A DNA stretch of 46,337 bases from an uncultured Candidatus Saccharibacteria bacterium (GTDB lineage Bacteria > Patescibacteriota > Minisyncoccia > Phycocordibacterales > JACOZG01): contig CAZYXJ010000002.1 in assembly GCA_964651115.1 (NCBI GenBank), positions 1-46,337 on the forward strand, read 5' to 3'. Below the pieces are notes generated by a model. It did not search any database and was not told the DNA's origin. It saw only the letters and a list, made by a program, of their open reading frames with translations. The translations under genes were made by a program, and so were the position numbers. Positions 7,936 through 18,405 of the stretch are shown here, piece after piece (position 1 is the first letter of the stretch; the number at the start of each line of letters is the position of its first letter).

Positions 7936-9648
7936 ATGACTCCGGGTCTGACATACTTTGCCGAGACGGATTTTCGCGGTCAGCGAACCAGGTTTGGTAT
8001 TAAGGACGAGGATCGTACTCGTCATGTTTATGTGATCGGTAAGACCGGTATGGGCAAGTCGACCTTGCTCGAGAATATGGCCGCCCAAGACATTCAGAAT
8101 GGTAATGGGGTGGCTTTTATTGATCCCCACGGTTCGGCCGTCGACAAACTTCTCGATTATGTACCGGAGCATCGCATTAAGGATGTAATTTATTTCGCGC
8201 CTTTTGATCTGGATTATCCGATTTCTTTTAATGTGCTGGAGGATGTAGGGAAAGATCAACGTCAGTTGGTGGTGAATGGTTTGATGAGCGCTTTTAAAAA
8301 GATTTGGGGCGAAGAATCTTGGTCAGATCGCATGGCTTATATTCTTACCAACATCTTGTTGGCGCTCTTGGAATACCCTGGTGCGACTCTGCTCGGAGTT
8401 AACCGTATCATTGCCGACAAGGAGTATCGCAATAAAGTTGTGGCTAACGTCACCGATCCGAGCGTTAAGTCTTACTGGTTGGATGAGTTTGCTAACTATA
8501 CGGAACGCTTTGCGGCGGAGGCGACACCAGCGATTCAAAACAAGATCGGCCAATTTACTTCCAATCCGTTGATTCGTAATATTATCGGCCAGGAACGGTC
8601 GTCAGTTGATTTTCGTAAGATCATGGACGAGCGAAAGATTTTGCTCATTAACTTATCTAAGGGTCGGTTAGGCGAGGGGAACGCCAATCTCCTGGGATCA
8701 CTTTTGATCACCAAAATTTATTTGGCGGCGATGTCGCGCGCCAATCTCCCGCCCGCGCAATTGGCTCAGGCACCGGAATTCTTTTTCTTTGTGGATGAGT
8801 TCCAATCATTTGCCAACGAATCCTTTGCTGATATTTTGTCGGAGGCCCGCAAGTATCATTTGTCGCTGACGATCGCTCATCAATATGTTGAGCAAATGTC
8901 CGAAGAGGTTCGGGCGGCAGTGTTTGGAAACGTTGGCACGACGATTTCTTTTCGCGTTGGTCCCTTGGATGCCGAAATTTTTGAAAAGATTTATAATCCC
9001 ACTTTTACTAAAGAGGACATGGTTAATTTGGGCCGCTTTCAAATGTACTTGTCGCTGATGATTGACGGAGTTGGATCCACGCCCTTTTCGGCGCGCAATT
9101 TGCCACCCATTTCGCCACCACCCGTTTCTTATCGACAGCAGATTATCGAATCCTCTCGTTCTCTCTATGCTGTTCCTCGGGTGACAGTCGAAGAAAAGAT
9201 TGGCAAATGGCATAGCGAAACGCGGCAAAATAATGTGGCTAAGAGTGGCCCCCGGAATACTCCGCCTCCACGGCCAGTTAATCCGGCGCCGATGGTGGCC
9301 AAAGCTGTTCCGGCGGCCCCTCGTCCACCCCTAACGCCCCGACCAACGCCACCACGCGAAGTGGCCGATGGTTTTGTGCCGCTTAAAGAATTAACGAAAG
9401 TAGCTCAGCCCCCCAAGCTTGATCCGTCGGAGCGATCAGTGTCTTTAGCGGCACTCAAGCCCAAGATCGGGGGAGAGAAAAGTACTGGCAAGCACGCCGC
9501 TGATTTGAAAGACGTTTTATTGGCCGTCCAGAAGGAGGCGCCAGTAAAGAGGGCGGAAGCTCCGGCGCCAACCCCAGCCCCGGTCGCGCCAACCAAAACC
9601 AAGGCCGAAGTGCCAGAAGCCGATTTACGTAAACTGCTCGAGTTGTGA
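7936..9648 (+). CDS. Soluble P-loop ATPase, TraD/TraG/VirD4 (type IV coupling protein)-like, with a Pro-rich tail
   Basis: Walker A GKTGMGKSTL, Walker B-like FFFVDEFQSF and ARKYHLSLTIAHQY. Start moved to ATG 7936 because the ORF-track N-terminus reads through the 7865-7906 terminator. The C-terminal ~150 aa are Pro/Ala/Lys-rich low complexity. Confidence 0.6.
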   Translation: MTPGLTYFAETDFRGQRTRFGIKDEDRTRHVYVIGKTGMGKSTLLENMAAQDIQNGNGVAFIDPHGSAVDKLLDYVPEHRIKDVIYFAPFDLDYPISFNVLEDVGKDQRQLVVNGLMSAFKKIWGEESWSDRMAYILTNILLALLEYPGATLLGVNRIIADKEYRNKVVANVTDPSVKSYWLDEFANYTERFAAEATPAIQNKIGQFTSNPLIRNIIGQERSSVDFRKIMDERKILLINLSKGRLGEGNANLLGSLLITKIYLAAMSRANLPPAQLAQAPEFFFFVDEFQSFANESFADILSEARKYHLSLTIAHQYVEQMSEEVRAAVFGNVGTTISFRVGPLDAEIFEKIYNPTFTKEDMVNLGRFQMYLSLMIDGVGSTPFSARNLPPISPPPVSYRQQIIESSRSLYAVPRVTVEEKIGKWHSETRQNNVAKSGPRNTPPPRPVNPAPMVAKAVPAAPRPPLTPRPTPPREVADGFVPLKELTKVAQPPKLDPSERSVSLAALKPKIGGEKSTGKHAADLKDVLLAVQKEAPVKRAEAPAPTPAPVAPTKTKAEVPEADLRKLLEL

Positions 9649-10790
9649 TGGCCGAAGCCAAAAGAGTTTTAGTTTTTTCAACTGCTTATTTGCCTTTAGT
9701 GGGAGGCGCGGAATTGGCCGTCCATGAGCTAGCCAAACGTTTGCCAGAGTTTAAATTTGAAGTGGTGACGGCCCGTCTGCGTCCCGATCTACCGGCGCAA
9801 GAAACCGTCGGAGCGGTAACGGTCCATCGAGTCGGTCGAGGACGACGCTCAGACAAATTTCTGTTACCAATCATTGGCCGACCGCTGGTGCGGCAATTGA
9901 TGGCCAAACAACCCGCGGCCATTTTTTGGTCAATAATGGCTAGTCAGGCAAGTATTTTGGCCGCCTGGGCCAAGCGTCGATACCCCCAAATTCCCCTTGT
10001 TTTAACCCTACAGGAGGGCGATACCGAAGACCATTTAAAGCGCTACGTGGGCGGTAGCAGCTTTTTGTACCGCTGGCTGGTGCGTCCCTGGCATCTACGT
10101 GTTTTTGAGCGCGCCAACCACATTACGGCGATTAGCCGAGATCTGCTTAATCGGGCTCGAAGTCATCGTCGAACCGTGCCCTTAACCTTGATTCCTAATG
10201 GCGTTGACCTCGATCATTTCCGTTGGCGTTCGCTGGTGGAGCTGCCTAAAAAAGAGATCAAAACGATTATCACCACTTCGCGTTTGGTCGAAAAAAATGG
10301 GTTGTTTGATTTAATCGCGGCGCTCTCTTTTTTGCCACCTAATGTGGAGCTTAAAATTTTTGGTACTGGTCCGGATGAGTCGCGTTTGCGCGAGTGGGCC
10401 GAAGAACGGGGAGTGATGGGGCGGGTTCATTTTGCGGGGCAGGCTGATCATCACCGCATCGCGCTAGAGCTGGCTCGAGCTGATGTGTTTGTGCGGCCAT
10501 CGCTGTCGGAGGGGTTGGGGAATTCTTTTTTGGAAGCGATGGCCGTCGGCGTGCCGATAATCGGCACGCCCGTGGGCGGGATCCCGGACTTTTTGCGTCC
10601 CGGTGAGACGGGCTGGAGCTGCCGCGTTCATGATCCCGAGAGCGTCGCTAGGGCGGTTGCTTTTGTCTTAGCTCCAGAAAATCACGACCAAGTCCAAGCC
10701 GTAGCCCAAGCCGCCAGAAAGTTGGTCGAGGAGCGTTTTGACTGGACAGTCTTGGCGCGGTCACTTAGTCTGGTGTTTAAGAGTTTATGA
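9648..10790 (+). CDS. Glycosyltransferase, GT-B fold (GT4-like)
   Basis: EGLGNSFLEAMAVGVPIIGTPVGGIPDF (E-x7-E block). Its ATG overlaps the upstream TGA by 1 nt. Confidence 0.8.
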   Translation: MAEAKRVLVFSTAYLPLVGGAELAVHELAKRLPEFKFEVVTARLRPDLPAQETVGAVTVHRVGRGRRSDKFLLPIIGRPLVRQLMAKQPAAIFWSIMASQASILAAWAKRRYPQIPLVLTLQEGDTEDHLKRYVGGSSFLYRWLVRPWHLRVFERANHITAISRDLLNRARSHRRTVPLTLIPNGVDLDHFRWRSLVELPKKEIKTIITTSRLVEKNGLFDLIAALSFLPPNVELKIFGTGPDESRLREWAEERGVMGRVHFAGQADHHRIALELARADVFVRPSLSEGLGNSFLEAMAVGVPIIGTPVGGIPDFLRPGETGWSCRVHDPESVARAVAFVLAPENHDQVQAVAQAARKLVEERFDWTVLARSLSLVFKSL

Positions 10791-11881
10791 GTCCTAAACC
10801 TCGCATTTTGCTAGTTACCGGCATCTACCCGCCCGACATCGGCGGCCCGGCAACTTATAGTAAATTATTATTTGATGAGTTGCCCAAGCGTGGCTACTCG
10901 GTAAGAGTTTTAAGTTTTGGAGAAGTTAGACATTTGCCGCGAGGGATTCGGCACATTGTTTTTATGTTTAAAGTCGCGATGATTAGTCGAGGAAGAGATT
11001 TAATCTACGCTCAAGATACTGTGAGCGTGGGGGTGCCGGCGCGTCTAGTTTCTTTTTTGTTACGGAAGAGGTTTTGGGTGCGCGTGCCAGGAGACTACGC
11101 CTGGGAGCAGTCAGTTCAAAGATTTGGAGTAAGGGAAGGGATTGATGATTTCCAGTTGCGTCATTATGGTTGGCGGGTGGAAGTTTTGCGCTGGCTTCAA
11201 TCTTGGGTGGTTCGAGGGGCAGAAAGAGTGATTACTCCTAGTTATTATTTTAGAAATTTGGTGATGGGGTGGGGGGTTAATGATCGAAAAATAAAGGCAA
11301 TTTATAATGGAATTGATTTGCCGGCAAAGATTGAGGCCGTAAATTCCTGGCCAGATCGTCCTAAGACCATTATTACAGCCGGAAGGTTGGTCCCATGGAA
11401 AGGTTTTCGGGGGCTGATATCGCTGATGGTTAAATTGCCGGACTGGCACTTGCAAATTATCGGGGAAGGGGAGGAGAGACAATCTTTAGAAGACTGGGCG
11501 CGATCTTGTGGTGTGTCCGGACGGGTTGATTTCTTAGGGCGCATTTCTCGAGCGGAAATTTTTCAGCGCTTAAGTGAAGCAAGAATTTTCATGCTCAATA
11601 CCTCTTTTGAAAGTTTTTCTTTTCAGGTGGTTGAGGCTATGTATAGTGGTGTTCCCGTGATTGCTACGGCAATTGGTAGTTTGCCAGAGTTAATTACCTC
11701 GGGTGTCGAGGGCTTATTAGTTCGTCCCGATGATTTATCGGCATTGGAGGATGCGGTTGGTTTTTTGACTGACCACCCTGAGGCCGCTGCGGCGATGGCT
11801 GCGGCTGGCCGCATTAAATCTTTGAATTTTTCAATTGGTCGAACCCTGGACGGATTAGAGAGTCTATTTAAGGGGGAGTAA
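10787..11881 (+). CDS. Glycosyltransferase, GT-B fold (GT4-like)
   Basis: ESFSFQVVEAMYSGVPVIATAIGSLPELI. ATGA overlap with the upstream gene. Confidence 0.8.
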   Translation: MSPKPRILLVTGIYPPDIGGPATYSKLLFDELPKRGYSVRVLSFGEVRHLPRGIRHIVFMFKVAMISRGRDLIYAQDTVSVGVPARLVSFLLRKRFWVRVPGDYAWEQSVQRFGVREGIDDFQLRHYGWRVEVLRWLQSWVVRGAERVITPSYYFRNLVMGWGVNDRKIKAIYNGIDLPAKIEAVNSWPDRPKTIITAGRLVPWKGFRGLISLMVKLPDWHLQIIGEGEERQSLEDWARSCGVSGRVDFLGRISRAEIFQRLSEARIFMLNTSFESFSFQVVEAMYSGVPVIATAIGSLPELITSGVEGLLVRPDDLSALEDAVGFLTDHPEAAAAMAAAGRIKSLNFSIGRTLDGLESLFKGE

Positions 11882-11888
11882 TTTATTT

Positions 11889-12956
11889 ATGCACACTCTA
11901 TTTATCTCTTTAGACCGGGCAGTACTCTCTCGGGATTCCGATGTCTCTGAACGTTTTCGTTTATATGGTTCCTTTTTGGGCCCGATAACAATTATGTTGG
12001 TGGCTCCGAGCAAACAAACTGATGGGGCTTATTTTTTAACTCCCAGCGTGAAGGTTATACCTGTCCCTGGTCGTAGCCGGTTAGGAATTTTGTGTCGTTC
12101 CATCCTCATGATCAGTAAACTTGAAAAAATTTCTATCGTGACATGCCAAGATCCCTTCGAAACAGGGATCTTGGCATGGTTTGCTAGCCGGCTTCATCGA
12201 GCTCGTTTTTATGTCCAGGTACATACTGATTTTCTAAGTCCACATTTTGCTTCTGAGTCTTGGCGGCAAAGGATAAGGGTGGCTATTGCCTGTTTTGTTT
12301 TGCGTCGAGCCGATCGTTCTAGGGTAGTTTCTGCAAGGATCAAAGATGCAATTGTTAAGTCTGGAATAGTTAGCGATTCGCTGATTGATGTTTTGCCCAT
12401 TTTTATCGATCCGAGACCCTTAATCCAGGGGGGCCCTTCTGATTTTTTTCGCCAGCAGTATCCTGGGTTGGCCCCAATTATTTTGATGGCCTCAAGACTG
12501 ACTCGGGAAAAAAATATTCCCCTAGCAATTAGGGCGGTGGGAAAAATCATCTCAAAATATCCTCACGTTGGATTGGTTATTGTTGGCGATGGGCCAGAAA
12601 AAAAATCTTTGGAAAAGTTGCTTCGTCTAATTTTGCCAACTAATCATCTTTTGTTGCCGTGGGTAAATAATTTGATACCGCTATATAAAAGCGCCGACAT
12701 TTTTCTTTTAACATCAAGGTATGAAGGTTATGGGCGGACAATAGTGGAAGCTCGGTTGGCGGGGTTGCCGGTAGTGTCTCTTGATGTGGGAGTTGCCAGA
12801 GAAATGGGAGCCATTATTGCGACCGAATCAGATATTGGGAAACGACTAGATGAAGTGCTTGAAGGGGCAATTACTTCTGTCGAGCTCCCGGCTTTACCGT
12901 ATGCTAGTTGGCATGAGTACGGGCAAGCAATTACTAGCTCTATTTTAAAGGCATGA
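11889..12956 (+). CDS. Glycosyltransferase, GT-B fold (GT4-like)
   Basis: EGYGRTIVEARLAGLPVVSLDVGVAREM. Confidence 0.75.
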   Translation: MHTLFISLDRAVLSRDSDVSERFRLYGSFLGPITIMLVAPSKQTDGAYFLTPSVKVIPVPGRSRLGILCRSILMISKLEKISIVTCQDPFETGILAWFASRLHRARFYVQVHTDFLSPHFASESWRQRIRVAIACFVLRRADRSRVVSARIKDAIVKSGIVSDSLIDVLPIFIDPRPLIQGGPSDFFRQQYPGLAPIILMASRLTREKNIPLAIRAVGKIISKYPHVGLVIVGDGPEKKSLEKLLRLILPTNHLLLPWVNNLIPLYKSADIFLLTSRYEGYGRTIVEARLAGLPVVSLDVGVAREMGAIIATESDIGKRLDEVLEGAITSVELPALPYASWHEYGQAITSSILKA

Positions 12957-13996
12957 ACTTGTTAGTAATTACTCAGGCGGTAGATAAGGATGATCCGGTG
13001 TTGGGCTTTTTTCATGGTTGGCTCGAGGCTTTCAACCGAAGGTGGGGCAAACTAGAAGTGATTTGTCTTAAGCGAGGAAGAACTGATCTTCCTACGACGG
13101 TTAAGTTACATTCTTTGGGGAAGGAGAAGGGGAAGGTTTCTCGAGTTCGGTATTTGGGACGCCTGGCAAAGCATTTATGGATTTGTCGTGGCGCTTATCA
13201 AACAGTGTTTGTTCACATGACTCCGATATATGTAGTGATGGCCTGGTGGTGGTGGCGGATTTGGGGGGTCCGGATCGTTTTGTGGTACAACCATCCGCGA
13301 GCTGGTTGGATTGATCGTTTGGGCCTATCGTTGGCCGACGTTGTTTGTTACACCTCTCCAGCTTCGTTTAGTGCTCGATATTGTAGGGCTCAAAGAATGC
13401 CCGTAGGGGTTGATGTTGATCTTTTTTCCGGTGGCGATGTGAAAGACTTGGCTTCGACTTTTAGGTTGTTGGTTTTTGGACGAGTAGCCCGTATTAAGCG
13501 TGTGGAGCAAATTCTCGAGGTGTCACAATTTTTGAGTCGGTATTTCCCTTTGGAGACACTTATTGCTGGTCCTGTTGAGGATCTTGATTACTTGAAATTT
13601 TTACAAAACAAAATAGTTAAATTGGGTTTATCTGGCCAGGTTAGGTGGCTAAAACAAATTCCCCACGAGCGAGCAGTTTCGTTGTATCGAGAAAGTGGTT
13701 TGATGTTAAATTTAACGCCCCCGGGAAGTTTGGACAAAACAATTTTTGAGGCCCTGGCGTGCGGAACAATGGTAATAACAACTAATCGTTCTTTTGCTGA
13801 TGAGGGGGTACCGCGAGAGCTTTCTCCTTGGCTGTTTTCTGCTTCAGATGATGTTGAAGATATCGCTAACCTAGCTAAGAAATTTTTTAATCTTCAAGAG
13901 GAACAAAGAAGGGCACTTAAGAAGGCGGGGCGAGATTTTGTTGTTAACCATCATTCGCTTGAAGTTTTGTTAACTAAACTGGAATCGATTTTATGA
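12953..13996 (+). CDS. Glycosyltransferase, probable GT-B fold
   Basis: N-terminus LVITQAVDKDDPVLGFFHGW and C-terminal block DKTIFEALACGTMVITTN. ATGA overlap with the upstream gene. Confidence 0.6.
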   Translation: MNLLVITQAVDKDDPVLGFFHGWLEAFNRRWGKLEVICLKRGRTDLPTTVKLHSLGKEKGKVSRVRYLGRLAKHLWICRGAYQTVFVHMTPIYVVMAWWWWRIWGVRIVLWYNHPRAGWIDRLGLSLADVVCYTSPASFSARYCRAQRMPVGVDVDLFSGGDVKDLASTFRLLVFGRVARIKRVEQILEVSQFLSRYFPLETLIAGPVEDLDYLKFLQNKIVKLGLSGQVRWLKQIPHERAVSLYRESGLMLNLTPPGSLDKTIFEALACGTMVITTNRSFADEGVPRELSPWLFSASDDVEDIANLAKKFFNLQEEQRRALKKAGRDFVVNHHSLEVLLTKLESIL

Positions 13997-14775
13997 GAAA
14001 AAGATTAAAAGATTGGCTCGCCAAGATTTTATTGATGGCAAATTATTCAAGTCCTAAATCGGGCGCCATTCTAATGTATCATTCGGTGGCGTCTAATGGT
14101 GCGTTTTTTTCCGTGACACCGGGGGACTTTGAGGAGCAATTGCGTTTGATCCGATCCAGCGGACGAAGGGTGTTATTTCTGTCCGAATTAATTCAACTTT
14201 TGGTCACAAATCAAGCCGTTAATGGTCTGATCGTCCTTACTTTTGATGATGCTCATCAAGATTTTTATACTACCGTTTTGCCGTTGTTAAAAAAATATCA
14301 GATTCCCGCAACTTTATTTATTCCAACTTCGCTGGTCGGTAAGAATTTAAACGTAACGGGGATTGGCCCCATGCCGATTATGAGCCAGTCACAAATTGAA
14401 GAAGCCGCTAAAAGTGGTTTGGTGGAGCTGGCATCGCATACGGCTAATCATCTTCTGTTGAACGAAATCCCGCTGTCTCAAATCGAAAATGAACTAGTCG
14501 ATTCGCAGCTCTGGCTTACCGGCTTGGGTTTTGAGTCGGTCCCAATTTTGGCGTATCCCAAGGGACGTTATTCTACCGAGGTTATTTCTGTATTACAGCG
14601 ACTTGGCTGGTTGGGGGCCGTAACGGTGAAGCCTGGACTTATTAACTCGCAAAGTTCTAGATTTGAATTACCAAGGATTCCTATTGATTCGGCGACAACC
14701 TCGGCGCTTTTCAGGCTAGCTCTGTCTGAGGGTTATGCGTGGTATGCTACTATTGCTCATGCTAAGTTTTTCTGA
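13993..14775 (+). CDS. Polysaccharide deacetylase (NodB homology domain)
   Basis: LTFDDAHQDFYTTVLPLLKKYQIPATLFIPT and SHTANH motifs. Confidence 0.75.
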   Translation: MRKRLKDWLAKILLMANYSSPKSGAILMYHSVASNGAFFSVTPGDFEEQLRLIRSSGRRVLFLSELIQLLVTNQAVNGLIVLTFDDAHQDFYTTVLPLLKKYQIPATLFIPTSLVGKNLNVTGIGPMPIMSQSQIEEAAKSGLVELASHTANHLLLNEIPLSQIENELVDSQLWLTGLGFESVPILAYPKGRYSTEVISVLQRLGWLGAVTVKPGLINSQSSRFELPRIPIDSATTSALFRLALSEGYAWYATIAHAKFF

Positions 14776-15406
14776 TTTTCTAAGCCAAGTCCGGCAGGGC
14801 CGGACAATATATCGAATTTTGGCCAATTGGACCATCGCTCAAGAAGTGGTGGTTAGGGGTACTCCCATTTTCGATATGGCGGGGACGCATGGGGCTAGTT
14901 ACTATCAATACTTATCTTTGCCTGAGCAGACGGTCGCGACCAATTATCAATTGTCTTCTGGCGTGGATCAGGTGATAGATTTAAATAAGCCGATTGCTTT
15001 AGAAGATCGATCTGTAGGAACCCTGCTATTTTTTAACGCTGTATATATTATTAAAGATCGTCAGCTTATGTGGCGAGAATTTTTCCGCATCCTTAAGGAT
15101 GATGGTGATTTATATATATTGTCACCATTCATCTCCAATGAAATGTCTGAGCCAGATGATTTTGTACGATTGACTGAGCAGGGTTTGGTTTCGGAACTTA
15201 GGGAGGCGGGTTTTGGTCGAGTTAGGGTGGTTAGGTTTGGCGAACGCGCTACTTCAGCTGTTTATCTATTGAATCCGTTTTTGGTTTGGTGGCCGATGAG
15301 ACTATTAGCCCACCTTTTGTCTTTGGGGTTGGACCATTTAATCCCCCGATCAGTAAGGGAAAGTCATCCGACCCCCTTGGGTTATTTATGTATTGTAAAA
15401 AAATAA
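14735..15406 (+). CDS. SAM-dependent methyltransferase-like protein
   Basis: Degenerate motif I IFDMAGTHG and the post-I/II block LEDRSVGTLLFFNAVYII..FFRILKDDGDLYI. The start is uncertain (14735-14759). Confidence 0.5.
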   Translation: MRGMLLLLMLSFSDFLSQVRQGRTIYRILANWTIAQEVVVRGTPIFDMAGTHGASYYQYLSLPEQTVATNYQLSSGVDQVIDLNKPIALEDRSVGTLLFFNAVYIIKDRQLMWREFFRILKDDGDLYILSPFISNEMSEPDDFVRLTEQGLVSELREAGFGRVRVVRFGERATSAVYLLNPFLVWWPMRLLAHLLSLGLDHLIPRSVRESHPTPLGYLCIVKK

Positions 15407-15420
15407 ATTCTCCGCGACCG

Positions 15421-16527
15421 ATGGTTTGGGTGGGAATAAATGATTTTTTAGTTGGCGGAGCCCAGCGTTTGATTGCTGATTACTTAAATAATGTAAATTC
15501 TGGTCGTTATGATTATGCGTTAGTGGTCTTGAGAGATTTTCCAGATCGACGGACCCTAGATCAATTTTTGCCACCTACTATACCGGTTTATCGGTTAGGA
15601 TTTAAGGGGTTTTATGATTTTCCCGCCTGGCTAAGGCTTATCAAGCTGGTTTGGGATTGCCGTCCCGATGTGGTGATTAGCCATTTGTTTTTTAGTAACA
15701 CTGTTTTTCGTGTTTTGCAGCTGGCCGGAAGATATAAAACTATTTGTGTTGAGCATAATACTTATACCAATAAGCCCATCCTTCATCAGTTAGTCGATCG
15801 TTTACTGGCGCCCTTGAGCTCTGGGCTAGTGGCCGTCTCTAAGACGGTGGCGGATTATACTAGCCAGCAGGAGAAAATTCCTCGCCACTATTTTACAGTT
15901 ATTAGGAACGGTGTGCCTCTTTCCAAAATCCGGTCGACGGTTAGTCTAATCTCGCGTTCCGAGGCGAGGTCGCGTCGGGGAATTGAGACCGATGATTTGG
16001 TCTTGTTGAATGTTGGAAGATTGACTCGCCAGAAAAATCAAGAATTGTTAATCAATTCTTTCGCGCAGTGGTCTGCTCGACCGTCGAATGCGAGATTGTA
16101 CATCGTGGGTGAGGGCGCCTTGAAAGAGCAGTTAATGAATTTGTGCCCGGAACTTGTTTCTGGTGGACGGGTGGTATTTACTGGGGTGCAGGAAAATATT
16201 TTTGAATGGTACGTGTTGGCGGATGCCTTGGTTTCTACTTCCGACATTGAGGGTCTTAGTATTGCTTATCTTGAAGCCTTGGCGGTGGGTGTACCAATAG
16301 TTGCCACGTTAACGGCTGGTACGGATGAGCTTTTGCGTGACCGGGAAAACGGCGTTATCATTGCCCGTTCTCAACCAGAAGCGGTTATTGACGCTTGGAA
16401 CACTTTTTTGAAATTGGATCGAGCCAGGCTGGCGGTCGGAGCTAGACAAACGGCTCAAAATTTTGATATTGAGCGAACTGTTTCCGAGTATGAAAATTTA
16501 ATCGATCGGATTTTGGCCCACGGCTAG
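15421..16527 (+). CDS. Glycosyltransferase, GT-B fold (GT4-like)
   Basis: [13 protein letters not shown] and [21 protein letters not shown]. The start is ATG 15421 (MVWVGINDF) or 15388; the ORF-track start at 15286 overlaps the previous gene. Confidence 0.75.
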   Translation: MVWVGINDFLVGGAQRLIADYLNNVNSGRYDYALVVLRDFPDRRTLDQFLPPTIPVYRLGFKGFYDFPAWLRLIKLVWDCRPDVVISHLFFSNTVFRVLQLAGRYKTICVEHNTYTNKPILHQLVDRLLAPLSSGLVAVSKTVADYTSQQEKIPRHYFTVIRNGVPLSKIRSTVSLISRSEARSRRGIETDDLVLLNVGRLTRQKNQELLINSFAQWSARPSNARLYIVGEGALKEQLMNLCPELVSGGRVVFTGVQENIFEWYVLADALVSTSDIEGLSIAYLEALAVGVPIVATLTAGTDELLRDRENGVIIARSQPEAVIDAWNTFLKLDRARLAVGARQTAQNFDIERTVSEYENLIDRILAHG

Positions 16528-17655
16528 AAAGCGATATGCTCTTTCAGAAGATTTTCCGTCGAGGTGGCGATGGTATTGAGAACGGATTCGAAGCCTTTCG
16601 GCTCGATAACTGTCGAGAGACAGGCTGGTTTCGATGGCTAACATGAGACTGCAAAGATCTTGAGCCTTCAAGCCGGGAGTATCTTTGTCGTAATCTATTG
16701 ATAGACCTTCTTGGGACTCGTATTCTGATCGATCGTAAGCATAAAATATTATTGGCCTGTCCAAGAGGAGGAAATCGGTAAAAACGGATGAATAATCAGT
16801 AATTAGAAGGGAAAAATAATTCATTAGAGGGTAGTAGTCACCTTCTTCGGCAAAGAAAATGTTGGAAAAATTTTCTGACCTAAGTTGGCTTCGGTACTTG
16901 GGGTGGAGGGAAACAATCAGGTGTAGATTTTTAGATTCAAGCCATTCATTAAGGTGCCGAGGGGATAAAATTTTCTCCAAATCAAAAGTCGGACGTCCAC
17001 GCCGGAAAGTGGGGGCATACCATAGGATTTTATTTTGAGAGGATTGAGAAGAGATAAATTTAAGTCGGTCGGCCAGATCTTGATTAATGCAGATATCTGA
17101 GCCAGGAACCGGACCAAAAATAACATCATTACGGGGATATCCCGTACAACGAATCAGACTATTTCTTTTAAAGGAGGTGGGTAGGAGTTTTTCTACAAAA
17201 TCTGAAGGAGTAAAGATGTAGTCTTGAGATCGATATTGCGGTTCACTGTAACCTTTCTTTTTCATTCCTTTGCCGTGAAGAAGCTGAACAATTTTTGAGC
17301 GCCCGGTATAGCGGAAGTTTTGGCGTTGAAGGAAGGCATCAATAATTGTATAGCTGGATCGCAGGGCATACCATCGCCCACGCCAACTGGCTTCGAAATA
17401 AGCTTCATAGCCTCGGGATCGCAGGGTTTGAGCAAGTTTGGCGCTCTTCGCTAGCCAGATTGGCCTAATGTTGGAGTTGAGGTTGGCAGAGTAGAGAAAT
17501 AGATATTTGGTGTTGTCAGCGAAAATTTCTCCTTCTGGCCCACCTCGATGCCAACCGATGAATACCCAGATTTGTTTTGATCGAGGAAAGAGCCATGAAA
17601 AAAAGAAAATTGGCCAGGTGATCGCTATATCCCAAAAAGTTTTGATTTTGGACAT
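16498..17655 (-). CDS. CDP-glycerol glycerophosphotransferase family (TagB/TagF-like) protein
   Basis: [13 protein letters not shown] and [22 protein letters not shown] blocks. Start trimmed to ATG 17655 (MSKIKTFW), 1 nt after the stop of the gene before it in the operon (17657-18394). Confidence 0.7.
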   Translation of the reverse strand: MSKIKTFWDIAITWPIFFFSWLFPRSKQIWVFIGWHRGGPEGEIFADNTKYLFLYSANLNSNIRPIWLAKSAKLAQTLRSRGYEAYFEASWRGRWYALRSSYTIIDAFLQRQNFRYTGRSKIVQLLHGKGMKKKGYSEPQYRSQDYIFTPSDFVEKLLPTSFKRNSLIRCTGYPRNDVIFGPVPGSDICINQDLADRLKFISSQSSQNKILWYAPTFRRGRPTFDLEKILSPRHLNEWLESKNLHLIVSLHPKYRSQLRSENFSNIFFAEEGDYYPLMNYFSLLITDYSSVFTDFLLLDRPIIFYAYDRSEYESQEGLSIDYDKDTPGLKAQDLCSLMLAIETSLSLDSYRAERLRIRSQYHRHLDGKSSERAYRFLAVGQNPID

Positions 17656-17656
17656 G

Positions 17657-18394
17657 TTAAATTTTAGACATAAATTCTTCCCACAGTCGCCTGGCCCGAA
17701 GATAGTCTTCGGGAGTATCAATCTCAATGGCGGTATGTTCTGAGACATCAATTGCCTCAAAGTTGAGATGCGGTTCTTGCAAGACGGCGTTAATCGCATC
17801 CACAGCATAATGGTTAGTGTTTCCCTGGGTTGCCCAGTTGTCGAGGGTTTTAATAAGGGCTTCGGTAAATTTTTTTCCAAATTTGGTTACGCCAATAAAT
17901 TCACCACTGCTTTTTTCTGGAGGGATATCTTTTCCGATGGTGACTATTTTGCTCGCGCCTTCGATTGTGACGTTCACTTCTTCTTCATCCCAGGGGGTTC
18001 TCTGGATGGCGGTGGCGGAGTCGGAGGGGTGGTTTACAACTTTTTCAATAATTGTTGGTTCGCAAAGAACGTCAGAATTTAAATAAAGAATTGGGCCGAC
18101 TAAATATTCTTTTGCCACCCACAAGCCATGAGCGGCGCGAGTGGTGGCAAAATCAGGATTTCTAATAAAATTAAAATTTATTTCTGGATGTTCAGCTAGC
18201 AGGTAATTTTCTAATAGCTCGGCTTGATATCCGGTGACAACTATTATGCGGGAAATTCCTAGCGCTTTAAGTGTTTCAATTTGAAAATCGATGATTGTTC
18301 GATGGCCAATTTTAAGAAGGCACTTGGGGCGATCGTGGGTTAGGGGGCGAAGCCGAAGAGATTGCCCGGCGGCGAGAATGATGGCGTTGTTCAT
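17657..18394 (-). CDS. LicC-like nucleotidyl(cytidylyl)transferase
   Basis: [24 protein letters not shown] (G-x-G-x-R-L NTP-transferase motif). The ~245-aa size and the C-terminal IEIDTPEDY resemble LicC-type phospho-alcohol cytidylyltransferases. Confidence 0.65.
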   Translation of the reverse strand: MNNAIILAAGQSLRLRPLTHDRPKCLLKIGHRTIIDFQIETLKALGISRIIVVTGYQAELLENYLLAEHPEINFNFIRNPDFATTRAAHGLWVAKEYLVGPILYLNSDVLCEPTIIEKVVNHPSDSATAIQRTPWDEEEVNVTIEGASKIVTIGKDIPPEKSSGEFIGVTKFGKKFTEALIKTLDNWATQGNTNHYAVDAINAVLQEPHLNFEAIDVSEHTAIEIDTPEDYLRARRLWEEFMSKI

Positions 18395-18405
18395 CGTGGA
18401 TTGGA

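Noticed and set aside
7936-9648. An integrative conjugative element or other mobile element, inferred from the TraD-like ATPase.
   Set aside because: No integrase, relaxase, transposase, VirB4 or flanking direct repeats are visible in the window. I found no recognisable IS or prophage genes anywhere in the 46 kb.
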